This document shows, piece by piece, positions 34,402 through 48,339 of a stretch of DNA of 64,000 nt. Where the stretch lies: positions 1,426,001 through 1,490,000 of the forward strand of contig NC_027216.1 of NCBI RefSeq assembly GCF_000981445.1. The letters are read 5' to 3'. Source of the DNA: Babesia bigemina. Its lineage: Eukaryota. The notes under the pieces are model-generated. The model had not been told where the DNA came from. It made no database searches and saw only the letters and a list, made by a program, of their open reading frames with translations. Each line of letters opens with the position of its first letter. The first letter of the stretch is position 1. Made by a program: the position numbers and the translations under genes.

Positions 34402-35853
34402 TGTGGCATTTGGGAGGTGATGGCTGTATGGAGGTAGTGGAGTGTCCGTGTGCAAATATCTTAGATGAATGAATCTTTACCCATATGCACGGGTTTCGGC
34501 TGTTCTTATCGTTGGGAGCGTTGTGGGAACTGTGCCAATGGCCCCTGCCGTGGTCCCTCGAAGTCAACAAGGCTGCGTAGCGGCGAATTAACCTCGCACA
34601 ATTCTTCAGTTCCGGTGCATAAATCCTCAGGTCCATCCAAAGCGCATCCGCTTCAGCTCAAGCGTGCCTTCGGCGCGAGACCCTCTTAAAGAATGTGTGT
34701 TGTGATATCGTACCCCTCAAGCTCGTTGTGGTGGGCTCACAAGGTCTGCATTTTCGAGTCAACTATAATGATTGGCCTTTATTGCGTGGCGGGGGTGTTG
34801 TTTCGAACTATAGGCTCGGCAAACACGGTACTGTCAGGAGATGCTATCATCAGGCCCCAGTGCCAATTTTTTCCACGGTGGCCGTGTCTCGTCAGGTCTG
34901 AACGCTTTCAGGATGTTCGCCGCCGTATCTTCACAGCCACGTTTTCTTATGTGTAAATTGTAGCAAAATGCCGCGCGCGAGTGTCTGAAGGCGTGTATGG
35001 GTGAGTTTGAGCCGTTGTCCACCCGGTGTTGCGTATGGAGCACTACTGATTGTTTTTTGTAGATCGGTTCGAAAACGCGCTCACGTTGAACTGTGCATTT
35101 GTGTGGACGATTTGCGCGTGCTGAGCTGCGACGCACCGCATCTGCGTCAAATACGCGACGTTGTGCTCCGGGTGCTTAGAGGTCGGGCACTAACTCATAA
35201 AATACCGTTTTCGCCGTTGCGTGGCTGCAACGTGCAGCAAATAATGATTATACAAGGCTGTTTACGTGTGTCTAAGACCATAAGGCCTGGTTGTACGGGT
35301 GTGCCGCTTGGACACCGGATGTTTCTCGGCCCACGGTGGCAGCCGCCGGCATCATGGCGAAATGTATATTGCGTGACCGCTCCTCGCCTAAATCGGGAGG
35401 CGTACCCGGTTCCACTCTGATCTGCGGAAGCCTCATCCTTTACCGCCCAAACCCTACCGAATGTGTCGGAGGTTTCAGCAGTTGGGGTGGCGGCGGATGC
35501 CGTACCCGGGTCTGCATTTTAAATGCTGATGGTGACGAAAGCGCCAAGCAGTGACTCCAGCGGCGTGATAACGCCCTTCCGCATCCTTAGCGCAGCTGGG
35601 AGCGTGCCCTCCTGCTTTTCAGACAACGGCCGGCAGTAGCGGTACTCCGACCCGCGTAACGGCACCTATGTGATGATGTATACGGTTATCTTTTTACACA
35701 TCGCGGCATATTCGCGCCGGAAATGATTGTGCCGGTACGTGGCACATCTGGCGCCACCGGTGAGCATCGTGCCTTCCGCGCCGGAGCGGCCGGCGTGCTT
35801 CCTCCATCCCCGGCGCGGCCGCAGTCGCACTCCGGTCGCAGACAAGATGTGTG

Positions 35854-37040
35854 ATGGGTGTTAAGGGCCTCATAAAGTTCCTGTCGTCGCGGTTTCCCGC
35901 TGCTATAGAGTCGACGCCCTCGCTTGAGCGTTTCGGCGGTTGTCGAGTGTTCGTAGATTGCGCCATCCTGCTACAGAGGACGCTACACGCCGCCGCCACG
36001 GGAATCCTCGCGCGAAGGCGGCGGGATTACCGCAACGGTGCGTTTGGTCGTCGCCACAGCTCATTAGCCTGCAGCCTCTGCGTCAGAGCGTCAGTTCGTC
36101 GACGCCCGGTCGATATGCAGTGAGATATGCAACCACGCCGCCAAGCCGCTGCTGAGGCTAAACCAGCAACTTCGGGCGGTGCGCTCGAATCGCGGCATTG
36201 ACGCCACGTTTGTCCTGGGCTCTTCCCTGACTGTCCGTGACCTCCACGTAGCCAGTCGCAGGGCAACCCCCGGAGGCGGCGTGAACGTGTTGGATTTGCG
36301 CAACCCACACCTGATACCCGCGCTGCGTGCGTTCTTCGAGGGCGCATCAGATGGCCGGCTGTATGCCGCCCCCAGCGAGAAGCACATGCTCGCCATCGCG
36401 GACCGGCTGGCTGACGCGTTCGCCCGTGTCGAGATTCGGCAGCCCGACATTACGAGGCGGTGCGTAGAGTTCTGTTCCAGCGACGACGATTACGTGCTGT
36501 CCGACGACACGAACGCCATCGCTTTCGGGTACGCTTGGCATCGTGTCCCCAAACGATATGCAGCGCGCCCAACGTGATCCGCGATTACTGCGGCCGTAAC
36601 GTCTGCAACACCATAAACCAGGCCAGAATGCTGCATCTGATGGGTGCGTTGCGCCATATTGTTGAAAACAGCGTACGCTCAGGTTTCAGCCGGGAGCAGT
36701 TTGCGGACTTCTGCGTCCTCTGCGGCACCGACGACGCCCCGCTCATACCTCACATAGGTGACTGGCACCGCCGATGAGTGCACGATTTGCAGGGCCGGAA
36801 CGCGCGTATCAGATCATCACAACCTTCGGGACTTTCGAGGCCTTCACGCGGTCGCCCGCCCTGGACAGTGTCCTGCGAAGCCCCCGCGTGCTGAAGGGCC
36901 TCGAGAAGGTGAGAACGCCACCACCAAGCATGCAATTGACGCCACTGCAGCGCGAAACGAGCGTCGAGGAGTTTAAGCTCAAGTTGGAAGACGCCCGCGC
37001 GCGCCGCGAGGAGCTGCTCGTCAGACGGGCCAGAACTTAA
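35854..37040 (+). CDS. XPG/FEN1-family nuclease-like protein (divergent), multi-exon
   Basis: MGVKGLIKFL...VFVDCAI (XPG-N), VLSDDTNAIAFG (XPG-I) and EQFADFCVLCGTDD...GPERAYQII (H3TH). Confidence 0.75.
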
Positions 37041-37844
37041 GCAGCAGCTGCCGCTGCTTGGTGTCCACCTTGCTGCGCAGCGTGAAGGGCCTCCCCACGT
37101 CAGCGAGATGCGCGTAGATGTAGTCGACGCGCTGTATGAGTGGGTTGTCGAGGGAATAGGAGAGCGGCACCCCCTTCGCCGCAGCGCTCGCCACGGCGGC
37201 GGCCACGGCGCTGTGGTGGCCGTCCGTTGACGATGCCGTGGGGGTGGAGGTGCGCCCCTTGCGCGCCGACTTAGCGAACACGACGAGCTCCACACGGTGG
37301 CCGGATTCAAGGAATTTGCGCGCGCTTTGCACCTTCCTCGTGAAGTCGTTGTCGGCGCACTGCGAGGATATCTGCACCACCTTGACCTTCAGGCTCGGGT
37401 CGAACGAAAACGCCTCTGCGCTTGGCAGCGAGGTCGCGTTGTTGGCGGGGTTCGCGCTGCGTTCACGCGCTGCGCGCTGCTGCTGGATGAATTCCGCGTA
37501 CTTCGCCAGCACGCAGATCGGCGGCGACGAGCGCGGCCGGAAAAGGATAAGGTTCAGCCCCGCCTCGCGCGCCAGGCTCAGCGCGTCCGCCAGGTCGAAG
37601 TCTCCTACGAGCTTGCCATCGCGCAGGACCCTCACTCGTGGCTCGCGGATGTCGGCGTCCGCCGGGAACTGTATCAACGTCAGTTGGGCCGACAGCGCGG
37701 CGTTACCTCTAATTTTGAGCTGCTAAAACTGCGATACGATGTCACATTAGTGGGTCTATACCGGTGCGGCGGCTTGCCGAGCGCCGCGGCCGCCGCGACG
37801 GCCGGCCTTCTGGCGGCGACCGCCGCCGCTAACGCGCGCAACAT
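37021..37844 (-). CDS. Mitochondrial translation initiation factor IF-3
   Basis: DIREPRVRVL...ALSLAREAGLNLIL...SSPPIC (IF3-N) and KVVQIS...DNDFTRKVQSARKFLESGHRVEL (IF3-C). Spliced 5' exon gives presequence MLRALAAAVAARRPAV. Confidence 0.8.
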
Positions 37845-37852
37845 ACGCCGCT

Positions 37853-40240
37853 CTAGAGCACGTCTGCGGGCAGCGGTATCTTCATGGCGTCCTCCTTGCC
37901 CTGCGCCAGGTCGCGGTACGATAAATTGAAGTGGCGCAGGAAGGCGTCGTCGCTCGAGGTGAACATCAGCCTGAGGTCAGGCGCCCTGCTGAGCTGCTCG
38001 TACGCCGCCAGGTACCGCGCGTGGTCCGCAGGGAGGATGTCTGGCACGCGCTCGTCAGTCACCGTTTGGCCGTACCCCTTGTAGAACCCCGACTCGAACA
38101 GGAACCGGTACACCTTCAGAAACTCCCCCCGGTACGCGGCGTTCATCACCGCCAGATGCCTGGGCACGATGCGGTCGTACAGCGAGAAGCTGAGGAACTT
38201 GGGGAACGCCCTAAGGTCGGCCACGTCCCTCCGCATGACGCGTCGGAAATAATAAATCTTCGGCCGCACCGTCCGCGCCACGTTGAGCGTCAGGAGGTTG
38301 GGGTAGCGGTGCACCATCGACAGTATGTCCTCGAAGGTCAGCGCCTCGTCGCAGTCGTAAATCTGCTGGCAGCGCTGTCGGTAGTTGCCGAAGCGGAACA
38401 GCTGCGGGCGGGTCCTCCCCAGCCAGAGCAGGTCCTCGAAGCTGAACCCGATGTCGCAGTGCAACCGCCGCAACCGGTCGATCAGCGTCGAGGGCTTCGT
38501 CAGCCCGAGCTTCATCACCCTCTTCAACATGAGCTTCACCTCGTCGCGCGTCCACGCGGCGGTGGAGCCACGCGGCGGCACGGCAACACCAGCCTCGCCG
38601 TCATCATCGCGGCCATGCATGGCCTCCTCCCCGTCCTCCCCAGACGTGCCACATTCGGAAGCACCACACGCTTCTATTCCCTCCTCAGTTGCTGCCTCTT
38701 GTATAGTCTGGCTGCTACTGTTGGTGGCGGCAGCGGCGCCGCCATCGGCGGGCGATTCCACCGGCTCCCGCAGATACGCCGCCATCTCCTTGGAAAAGGA
38801 CACCGTCACCGGGTAATCGATGCGGTTGACGCTCTCTTTGGTCGTGTATGTGGGCATCATTTCCTTGAAGTTGTCGGAGAAGTCTCTGTCCATGACGGCG
38901 TCGAAGTCGTATTCCGCGTGCCGGAGCCTCTCCGTGACCAGGGTCGCGCAGGAGTCCAGGAACCTGGTCAACGTGCTGCTCTCGTTGGACTCGCACCGCG
39001 GGAACGGCTCCCTGATCGGGGGCGGCTGCGACCGGCGCACCTTGAGCAGGTGGTCGGCGAAGGGGTCCTGGCGCAGCTTCCCGATGACGGCGTAGATCAT
39101 GGGCCGGTACCGCTTAACCGGCTTCGACGGCAGGTCGCAGAACAACGGAATTTCGCCTTCGTGCGCCGGGTTGAAGCGTGAGAAGGTCAGCAGGAAGTCG
39201 ACGGTGCTCTCGAAGATGTTCGGCTTGGACATGAACAGCATCGAGTGGCGCAGCAGCCGCAGCATCTCGTAGTTGCGCAAGGCCAGCAGGTGCGGCAACC
39301 GGATCCGCTCGACCATCCGCACCAAACGGGCCTGCGGCAACGTCAGGAGGATGAGCACGTTGCTGTCGTCGCTCGTGTTGTCGTAGCCCACCGTGGTGCG
39401 TACCACCTGGATGCGGCTGCGGTTCTGGTTCCGCTGTCGGCGCGTCAGCGGCTGGACGCGCCCGTCCACCACCTCGGGCTTGATTTCCGGCCGCAGCTCG
39501 ATGTATTTCCGCCTCACAACGCGGTTGCAGTACTTCAGGTCGTGCTTCATCTTGACCAGCCTGTAGAAGCGGAGGGACTGCTGCGACGGGTCCGCGAAGT
39601 ACTTGTGCCAGAAGCGACGCCCACGGGCCAGACGCTTCAGGTACCACTCTTCCTTCGACGACGGCGGCATGCTCAGGTCGGAATCGCATCCAGGCACAGC
39701 GTCGTCGACGTCGTAGTCCTCGTTCTCCGGCGCCAGGGGCAACCCCGAATCGTCGGTCTCATCGGTGATGGTGTCGTACTTTTTGTTGAGCTCCAACCGG
39801 TGCTCGTATTCCGCATCCGTGAACACGCTGTTCACGGAGCCGAAAAAGGACCGCAGCGCAAACGGTCTTTGCGATTGAAAATGTGCAGCGCATCCGTCCT
39901 GTCTCGATGGCGCACCTCTTCCTCCGTATACGGCGTCCGAGGCGCCATACGCGCAGTACGGCGATGCAGACACATCGTGCGAATGGCAGCCGGAATCCGC
40001 ATGTCGCCGATAATTGCGACTGAAGACACCCGAAGCCCTGCCGCCATCGGAGGTGGCGGACGGGGAGCATTCGCCTCCATGGCTTCGGTATTCCCGCTTT
40101 CCCGACCCTACGAATGCGGTATGCGCTTCAGCGTGGCGAGCAAGGCAGCCGCGAGATTGCAGCGGCCCGGTAACGCCGGGAATCTGCAGACACAGGGCTG
40201 TCGCGCTCGAAAGCAAAAAGAGCGCTACCCCAAATCGCAT
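37853..40240 (-). CDS. mTERF-repeat protein with bipartite (apicoplast-type) leader
   Basis: C-terminal mTERF repeats MVHRYPNLLTLNVARTVRPKIYYF...FPKFLSFSLYDRIVPRH and SSDDAF. N-terminus MRFGVALFLLSSATALC is followed by a basic, Ser-rich transit-like region. Confidence 0.8.
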   Translation of the reverse strand: MRFGVALFLLSSATALCLQIPGVTGPLQSRGCLARHAEAHTAFVGSGKREYRSHGGECSPSATSDGGRASGVFSRNYRRHADSGCHSHDVSASPYCAYGASDAVYGGRGAPSRQDGCAAHFQSQRPFALRSFFGSVNSVFTDAEYEHRLELNKKYDTITDETDDSGLPLAPENEDYDVDDAVPGCDSDLSMPPSSKEEWYLKRLARGRRFWHKYFADPSQQSLRFYRLVKMKHDLKYCNRVVRRKYIELRPEIKPEVVDGRVQPLTRRQRNQNRSRIQVVRTTVGYDNTSDDSNVLILLTLPQARLVRMVERIRLPHLLALRNYEMLRLLRHSMLFMSKPNIFESTVDFLLTFSRFNPAHEGEIPLFCDLPSKPVKRYRPMIYAVIGKLRQDPFADHLLKVRRSQPPPIREPFPRCESNESSTLTRFLDSCATLVTERLRHAEYDFDAVMDRDFSDNFKEMMPTYTTKESVNRIDYPVTVSFSKEMAAYLREPVESPADGGAAAATNSSSQTIQEAATEEGIEACGASECGTSGEDGEEAMHGRDDDGEAGVAVPPRGSTAAWTRDEVKLMLKRVMKLGLTKPSTLIDRLRRLHCDIGFSFEDLLWLGRTRPQLFRFGNYRQRCQQIYDCDEALTFEDILSMVHRYPNLLTLNVARTVRPKIYYFRRVMRRDVADLRAFPKFLSFSLYDRIVPRHLAVMNAAYRGEFLKVYRFLFESGFYKGYGQTVTDERVPDILPADHARYLAAYEQLSRAPDLRLMFTSSDDAFLRHFNLSYRDLAQGKEDAMKIPLPADVL

Positions 40241-40412
40241 CTTCCACCATGCTTGCCACCTATACAAACCATTCATACATGATGTGTGCGAAATCTCGAG
40301 CGTTTGCCCTCTCGTTGCCACTGCAGCAGCAAATGTGTGGCCACCTCACGGAGATTCTACTCGGCGCAGGAGATTCCTGCACACATAATTGATAAATCGC
40401 GTATCGCGGACC

Positions 40413-42948
40413 ATGTACGTGCCGCCTGCCATCCGAGTGACTCTCGGGTGCGCGGAGGGTGGCCGCCTTGCGAGATTCGCAAGGGTCACCGACCCGAGGC
40501 ATGGACGGCGCATCGAGGCGGTCGCACGAGAGTGCGAAGGGCACACGGGAATCCCTACAACAAAGGCCGCCAGGCGGCAGTTGCACGAGCTGCTGGATCT
40601 AGGGGTGACGGACACAGTCGCTTTCATAAAGGAGATCGCCGCTCCGTTAACTGAAGCCATGGACAATCGAGAATGTCTTGCTCGCAACGCTGCCGCACTG
40701 GCGCACACGAAATCGCCATGCACTCCCAACAAGTTGCGATCAAAGGATGTCAGAGTGCTAAAGTACCGTATACGTAGCCTCATACACCTCTTGTCGCCTC
40801 AGGATACCGCCATGCTGGCGTGCGCCCTGGCGCATCTCGACAGCCGCCTCGGAATTATGGCGAGGCCGCTCATCAAACATTATATACGGGCGTTGGAGGA
40901 GGACACTGCACACTCAATCAACCCTGGTGACACCGTGGTATCGCTTGCGCTGATGCTCACTAGCCTTGAGATGTTCGTCAGGACGCATTCGCAGCAGCTG
41001 AAACAGGTGGCCGACGGAGGTCATTCGGAACGCGAAAACGACGCCGAACGGGCGGCCAATGATGACACCAGTGGTGACGTAGTGACCGAAGCAGGCAACT
41101 ATGCATGCAATGTTCCTGTACGCGAGAGCATCGGTGAGCCACTCCCCGGCGAGGCCGAGGTCCCCCTGACAGTCCACGACAAATTCCACTACGGCGCTAT
41201 CATGACGACAATGTTGGCCGACTGTCTGAAGGCCGACGAGGTGAACGATGTAGAGCTCATGCTTTTGCTTGCGCAGTGCATGGGCAACATCAGCGTCCCC
41301 GCCGCCTTGCCTTCTGAGCTCGTGGTTCAGAAGGTGGACTTGCGGGACCTGGATGACAACCAGCTGTGCAAATTCACTCATGCATGCGCGTCAATCATGA
41401 CATTACACCATGTGAATCTGGATGGCGTCATAGAGGTAGGGGCCTAGTTATCTCCACATGGATTCGCAGGCCTCCATGAAGGAGATGGCGGAGCGCATCA
41501 AAGCCGAGTGCGTCCAAATGAGCGCGGCGAACGTGGCGCAAGCATTCCACGCGTTCTATCTGACCGGCAAATTGGACTGCCACCTCATGTCCACGCTCGC
41601 AAGGAATCTGGTGGCTGCCAAGGCGTGCTTCAGCAACTCCACGGATTACTACAGGGTGGCGATTCCGCTGGCGATTACCGGACAGCTGTCGAGGTACCGT
41701 GTTTACCAATGTTTTGACTCCCCGCAGCGAAGAGATATGTATCTGGATGCTCAACCAACTGGCGTTCAACGCCGAGGAGTACACCAAGGACACGTCGCAC
41801 TTCCTGTTCCTGCTAACCACCATCGCCAACAGCATCAGGGTAGCGTGGAAACGGCGGACAAAGCTGCCGCTCAAGGCTGTGGCACTGGAAACGGACATTT
41901 ATGAGAAGGCTGAGACCGACCTCAGGCACCAGGAGGGCGAGAAGCACTACTTCCCGAGCCCTAGGTCCGCCGTCCTCTTCCTGATCGACAGAGCCAATGC
42001 GCTCATCAAGCGCAGCAGCAGCGACGAATTCGTGCAAGTATGTGGTTGTCCTCGACTTTTGTGATTTGAGTGTTACCGGACGCCAACTCAGCAGTCTGCG
42101 AAACAGTAGCAGTGCTCGTACCAATCTGCGAATCGTATCTGTATATCCATGTATGTATCTATGTGTGTGTATCTATGCACCCGGACATCTGACAACGCCT
42201 TTTGGTTGTTGAGACGCGCATCTGATACCCACGCAGATTATGCTGCTCAACTGTGTCAAAAGCTTCAAGCCGGACTCCAGGGTCAAGTTTGAGCTGCTAA
42301 ACGAGTGCAAAAGGAGAGTGAACGAAATTAGCTGCGGCGGGATCCCGCAAGTGTTGCAGACCCTGTTTACGCTTTTTTCGCCGAACGCCCCTGAGCTTGT
42401 GGAGGCGTTGGTGCTCTACCTGGACCGCGTGTTGGCGGAAATCACTCTGCATAACGACCCAGGGGTCTTGCAGATCGAGGGATCGCGCCTGTTCGAAATC
42501 AGCTTCCTGCAAGACGTAAACATCCTCGGGAACGTGCTGTCGATCTTCGACAGGTGCAACCTCAACCGCGGTGACCTCGCAACGCAGGTTGCCGAGATGA
42601 TGGAGCGATCGAATTTCCAACAGGTAAGCACCCTCTCAATTGCGTGCTACACGTGACTCAGCTGGACGGTGCCAGCGTACAGGCGCTGATCGACCTGCTA
42701 CACTACATCGCCTTTTCGGTGGACCGCCACGAGGCCATCGACGTCATGGCGATACTGCTGCAGCAAAAGCTGGAAGGAGGCGCGCAGGTGTCATCCGGAC
42801 AGCTGGCGGCGATCGCGGAATGCTTCGTCGCCGCTCCCATGACACTGAATCCCCTGCGGCACCAGGGGCTCATCCAGGCCATAAAGCAAAAAGTGAGCCC
42901 CAGGATGGCGAATACACATCTGTCTACAGGCAAATTCGTCCAGCGGTG
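40413..42948 (+). CDS. Helical-repeat hypothetical protein (HPR/FASTK-like repeats), multi-exon
   Basis: Consecutive ORFs joined by short introns. Repeats such as LSPQDTAMLACALAHL, MSAANVAQAFHAFY and ISCGGIPQVLQTL. Arg-rich N-terminus. Confidence 0.5.
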
Positions 42949-43131
42949 ACGCGAAGGCGCTTCAAGCGATACTCAAGAGGATCGACTGGCGCAGGGACGC
43001 CGCGGGCACACCACCCGGCGACGAGTGACACATCACCACCCGCGTCATACGCGCCAGCTACACATCCTTGCACGAACATCCACCATGACACCGCCGCGCC
43101 TTTAATATGTAATTAGACACAGTAGTGCGAA

Positions 43132-44583
43132 ATGTCGTCCGCCGTATTCGAGCCAACGGACCTTTTTTCCCTCGACGTCGAGGGGGAAGGCTTCGTGCCG
43201 GAGACGGAGGAGGAATTCACGGATTGCTCGATAAACATCAAGCCGTCTCAGGCCCAGCTGAAGCCGTCTTTTGAGAACACGGCGGGATTCGAGGTTTCGT
43301 CCGCCACGTACGTCAGGCCGCTCAGGGCCCTCAACCGGCCGCTCACGTCGGAGGAGACGAAGCTCTGTAGGCAGACGATACTCCATATGCGCAGGTGCAT
43401 ATACAGCATGATCGCCAATGAGGACTTCTGCGTTTCGTGCGACGTTGCGGGGACGAATAAGGGCGATATGAGCCAGCTTTCTGACATCTCCGACACTTCG
43501 TCTGATTCGCCCATGTCGGAGGACAGCAACGTGAGGCAGCCGTCGCCGTCCGCAACGACGGTGAACCACAGCATAGAGGGGTCAAGGAAGGCGTCGAGGC
43601 TGGACAGCGGCGCCAAACTTGCGAAAACATCGCACCGGACAGACAGAGGCCGCGAGGAGGCATCGTCCGCCGAGCAGAACCCCAAACTCACTCGACGAGA
43701 CAAGCCTACAGGAAAACGAGGAAGTAGCCAGGCAGGCGACCATTGCTCCACAGATGTGGTCGCGGGCACTGAGGACGGCGGGTCTGCCGCTGGCAGTGCC
43801 AAGGGGCCGTACCAGGCCGCGCCGACGTTGCGCCTGACGGGTATGAAACTGAAGCGCGCAACGGCAGAGGATGCGACGTCCGATCGAGACGCCACTGGCG
43901 CCGACACCAGCGTCGATGCGACTGCGGACGACGCGATCAAGCTGACCGTCAGCACCAGCAAGCTGAGCAACGCCGTCACTGACATCGAGCACACGCAGAT
44001 GTCATCGTCCGTGCCGTTCCCGCGGTTCTCCAGATCATCCAGGGGCAACATGCCTGGGGGGCTAAGCCGGAACGGGCGCAGGTACTTCTTTGCGTCCGAT
44101 GGAGAGAAGTTGGGCCCCCTGCCCAACTGCCACATGACCTTCCTGGCGCACCTGTATCGGCGCAAGCGGTCCGTGTGCTTCTTCTGCGGGTTCGTCACCT
44201 GCCCGCGAACCTCAAGCCCGGCGAACAACTGCCCTTCCATGCGCTGCTCCCGCTGCTCGTTCAAGCACAAGTGGGGGAGGAACCAGTGCAAGGATAAGGG
44301 CGACATGGTGAAGTTCTACCACCGCACCAGCGACTGGCGCCAGCGCCGTGAGAACCCGTGGTCCCGGATGCCGAAGCACATCAGAGCGGCCGCGAAGTGC
44401 TTCTACTGCGGCAAGCCCGGCGAGGCCAACTTCAGGTGCCGCGGCATCTCCTGCCCCAAGGGCGCCGACACGCTCGAGGTGCGCTGCCTGGAGCTGTTGG
44501 GGAAGAAAAACCTGGACCGCATGGTGCGGCAAATGCCGCTCATGTTCACGCACCTGAGGGACCGCCACTTCGAATTCAGATGA
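43132..44583 (+). CDS. Hypothetical protein with C-terminal zinc-knuckle-like Cys clusters
   Basis: 483-aa ORF with a disordered middle. Cys clusters VCFFCGFVTC, RCSRCSFKH and KCFYCGKPG. Confidence 0.6.
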   Translation: MSSAVFEPTDLFSLDVEGEGFVPETEEEFTDCSINIKPSQAQLKPSFENTAGFEVSSATYVRPLRALNRPLTSEETKLCRQTILHMRRCIYSMIANEDFCVSCDVAGTNKGDMSQLSDISDTSSDSPMSEDSNVRQPSPSATTVNHSIEGSRKASRLDSGAKLAKTSHRTDRGREEASSAEQNPKLTRRDKPTGKRGSSQAGDHCSTDVVAGTEDGGSAAGSAKGPYQAAPTLRLTGMKLKRATAEDATSDRDATGADTSVDATADDAIKLTVSTSKLSNAVTDIEHTQMSSSVPFPRFSRSSRGNMPGGLSRNGRRYFFASDGEKLGPLPNCHMTFLAHLYRRKRSVCFFCGFVTCPRTSSPANNCPSMRCSRCSFKHKWGRNQCKDKGDMVKFYHRTSDWRQRRENPWSRMPKHIRAAAKCFYCGKPGEANFRCRGISCPKGADTLEVRCLELLGKKNLDRMVRQMPLMFTHLRDRHFEFR

Positions 44584-44821
44584 GCTGGAGGTCGACTGAC
44601 CCCGCCACACGCACCGCGTTTTCACGCCGAGACACTGACCGCGGTCCACCTAATGTATGACCTTAAAATAAGTGACACCAGTTCCAGAGCCTGATATTCC
44701 CGTAACAGTGTGTGTGTGGATCGGGTATACTGGTATCGTGTGACAAATTCTTTGCGATTGCATGGCAGGCGGACTGGAACGCCCCTCAGCGGGCGGCAAA
44801 TTTTGCTGTCGGCGCGCCACG

Positions 44822-45664
44822 CTAAAACACGATGATCACCATGAGCAGGATGACGGCGATGGAGAACAGCATGATGACCAGCCGCAGCAACGAAGGGTTG
44901 TTGGTGTCCAGGAACACAGCCATCCGCTTGCTGAACGCGTTCAAGCGGAGCTGCGTGTCCGCGAACCCCTCATCCACGCTGCGCAGGAGCTCGTTCTGGG
45001 TGGTGACTTCCGTGTTTATCGCCAGAGCGTTGTTCTGCAGCGACTGCGCAGAGGTCGTCAGCACCGACAGCTGCACATCCTGCTGTTCCAGAAGGTCCTG
45101 CACCAATTGAACTCAACCCTGCCATTGCCTCACCTTCTGGGTCTGCAGCTGGTGTTCCACCAGCGAGTTGCCCAAGTTGCTGGGGGGGCTTGAGGCCGCG
45201 TTGGCCACTTCATTGTCGTTCTGCAACCAGTGTCGCTACATGCAACCGAACCTACCGCTTCGTTGCGGTCACGCACACTCTTGAGCTTCGACCTGAACTC
45301 ATCGATGGTGGTTTGGCGCGACGCTATGACTTTCGCTGAAATGCGGTACTTCTTCTCGTTCTTCCTGATGGTGTCGATCACCTTCTGCAGCTCCGTAATG
45401 TCGCTCTCGATGCCCGCACAGACGGTCAAGAGCTCCGCTCCCTTGGTTGTGGCACATACACGCGTGTGTTTAGGGAGCGTGCTGCGGCAATTTAGGGCGC
45501 ACGAGGCAGAACCGACCTGAGTTCCTCCATCACCTGTGATTGCAGTACGATGAGCCTCCGGATGTTTTTCCGGACGGTGCTGTGCAAGGTCAAGACGCCG
45601 CCCATGCCACTTACTTTTCCGCTTCATCGTACGGATCGCGCTTTGAGGCTTCGGCCGTCGCCAT
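44822..45664 (-). CDS. Qc-SNARE, syntaxin-6/Tlg1-like, multi-exon
   Basis: N-terminal MATAEASKRDPYDEAE; DITELQKVIDTIRKNEKKY (Syntaxin-6_N); SNARE motif EQQDVQL...INTEVTTQNELL; C-terminal TM helix. Confidence 0.8.
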
Positions 45665-46329
45665 TTTGACTGAGCGACTGCGGTGGTACGCGTCCCGCAC
45701 GAAACCCTCAAGCCACGCGATTTACGGCAAAAAAACAAGTCGAAACCTTATTTACTACGAGCGTATATATCAGCCATTAGTTTCATCTGAGAACTGCAGG
45801 CAGACGCATCCCGAGTGCGGCACGCGTGGCCTGCAACGAATCACCAGGCATGAGTCCGCCAGATCACAATCCGGCCGCAAAGACGGCAATTCATTCACAA
45901 TATATTCATCCACAACGATGGTATCACATTATCGAACAAGAACGGTCGTAATGCCGTTTAGGTCGAATTAACGAGCGCTAAGGACCGCGCGCAGCAGCGG
46001 CGATGTCGTTTTGCCGACGCCCCTAATAGGTACAGATTACGACTGCTACTCCAACGGAGCGCGAATTACAGTTAATGTGTTCGAGCCCGATGGTAACAAA
46101 GTTAGATTTTGGCGACATGTGCGCTGCGTGATCAGTAACGCCCACAAGTCTCCACTGGCCGACCGTAGTTGGCGCTGTGTGGATTCACGACCACTTTAAA
46201 CCACCAAAAATAGTCTATGTGCGCGACTGCCGGACTACTGGGTCTCCACTTACGGCGGTGGCGAGGGCGCACAGCGGCACGTGAGCAGCAGGTGTAGCGT
46301 AAACCATTAAGCTGTTTGGTGACGGTCCT

Positions 46330-48242
<1,913 letters not shown>

Positions 48243-48339
48243 CTTTGGTACCGGAACGAACTAAATGTGCGAAGGAACGGCGCGCGAGGTCCCCACCCGA
48301 AGCGGCAGCAGCGGCCACCATAGCGCAACACATCAACAC

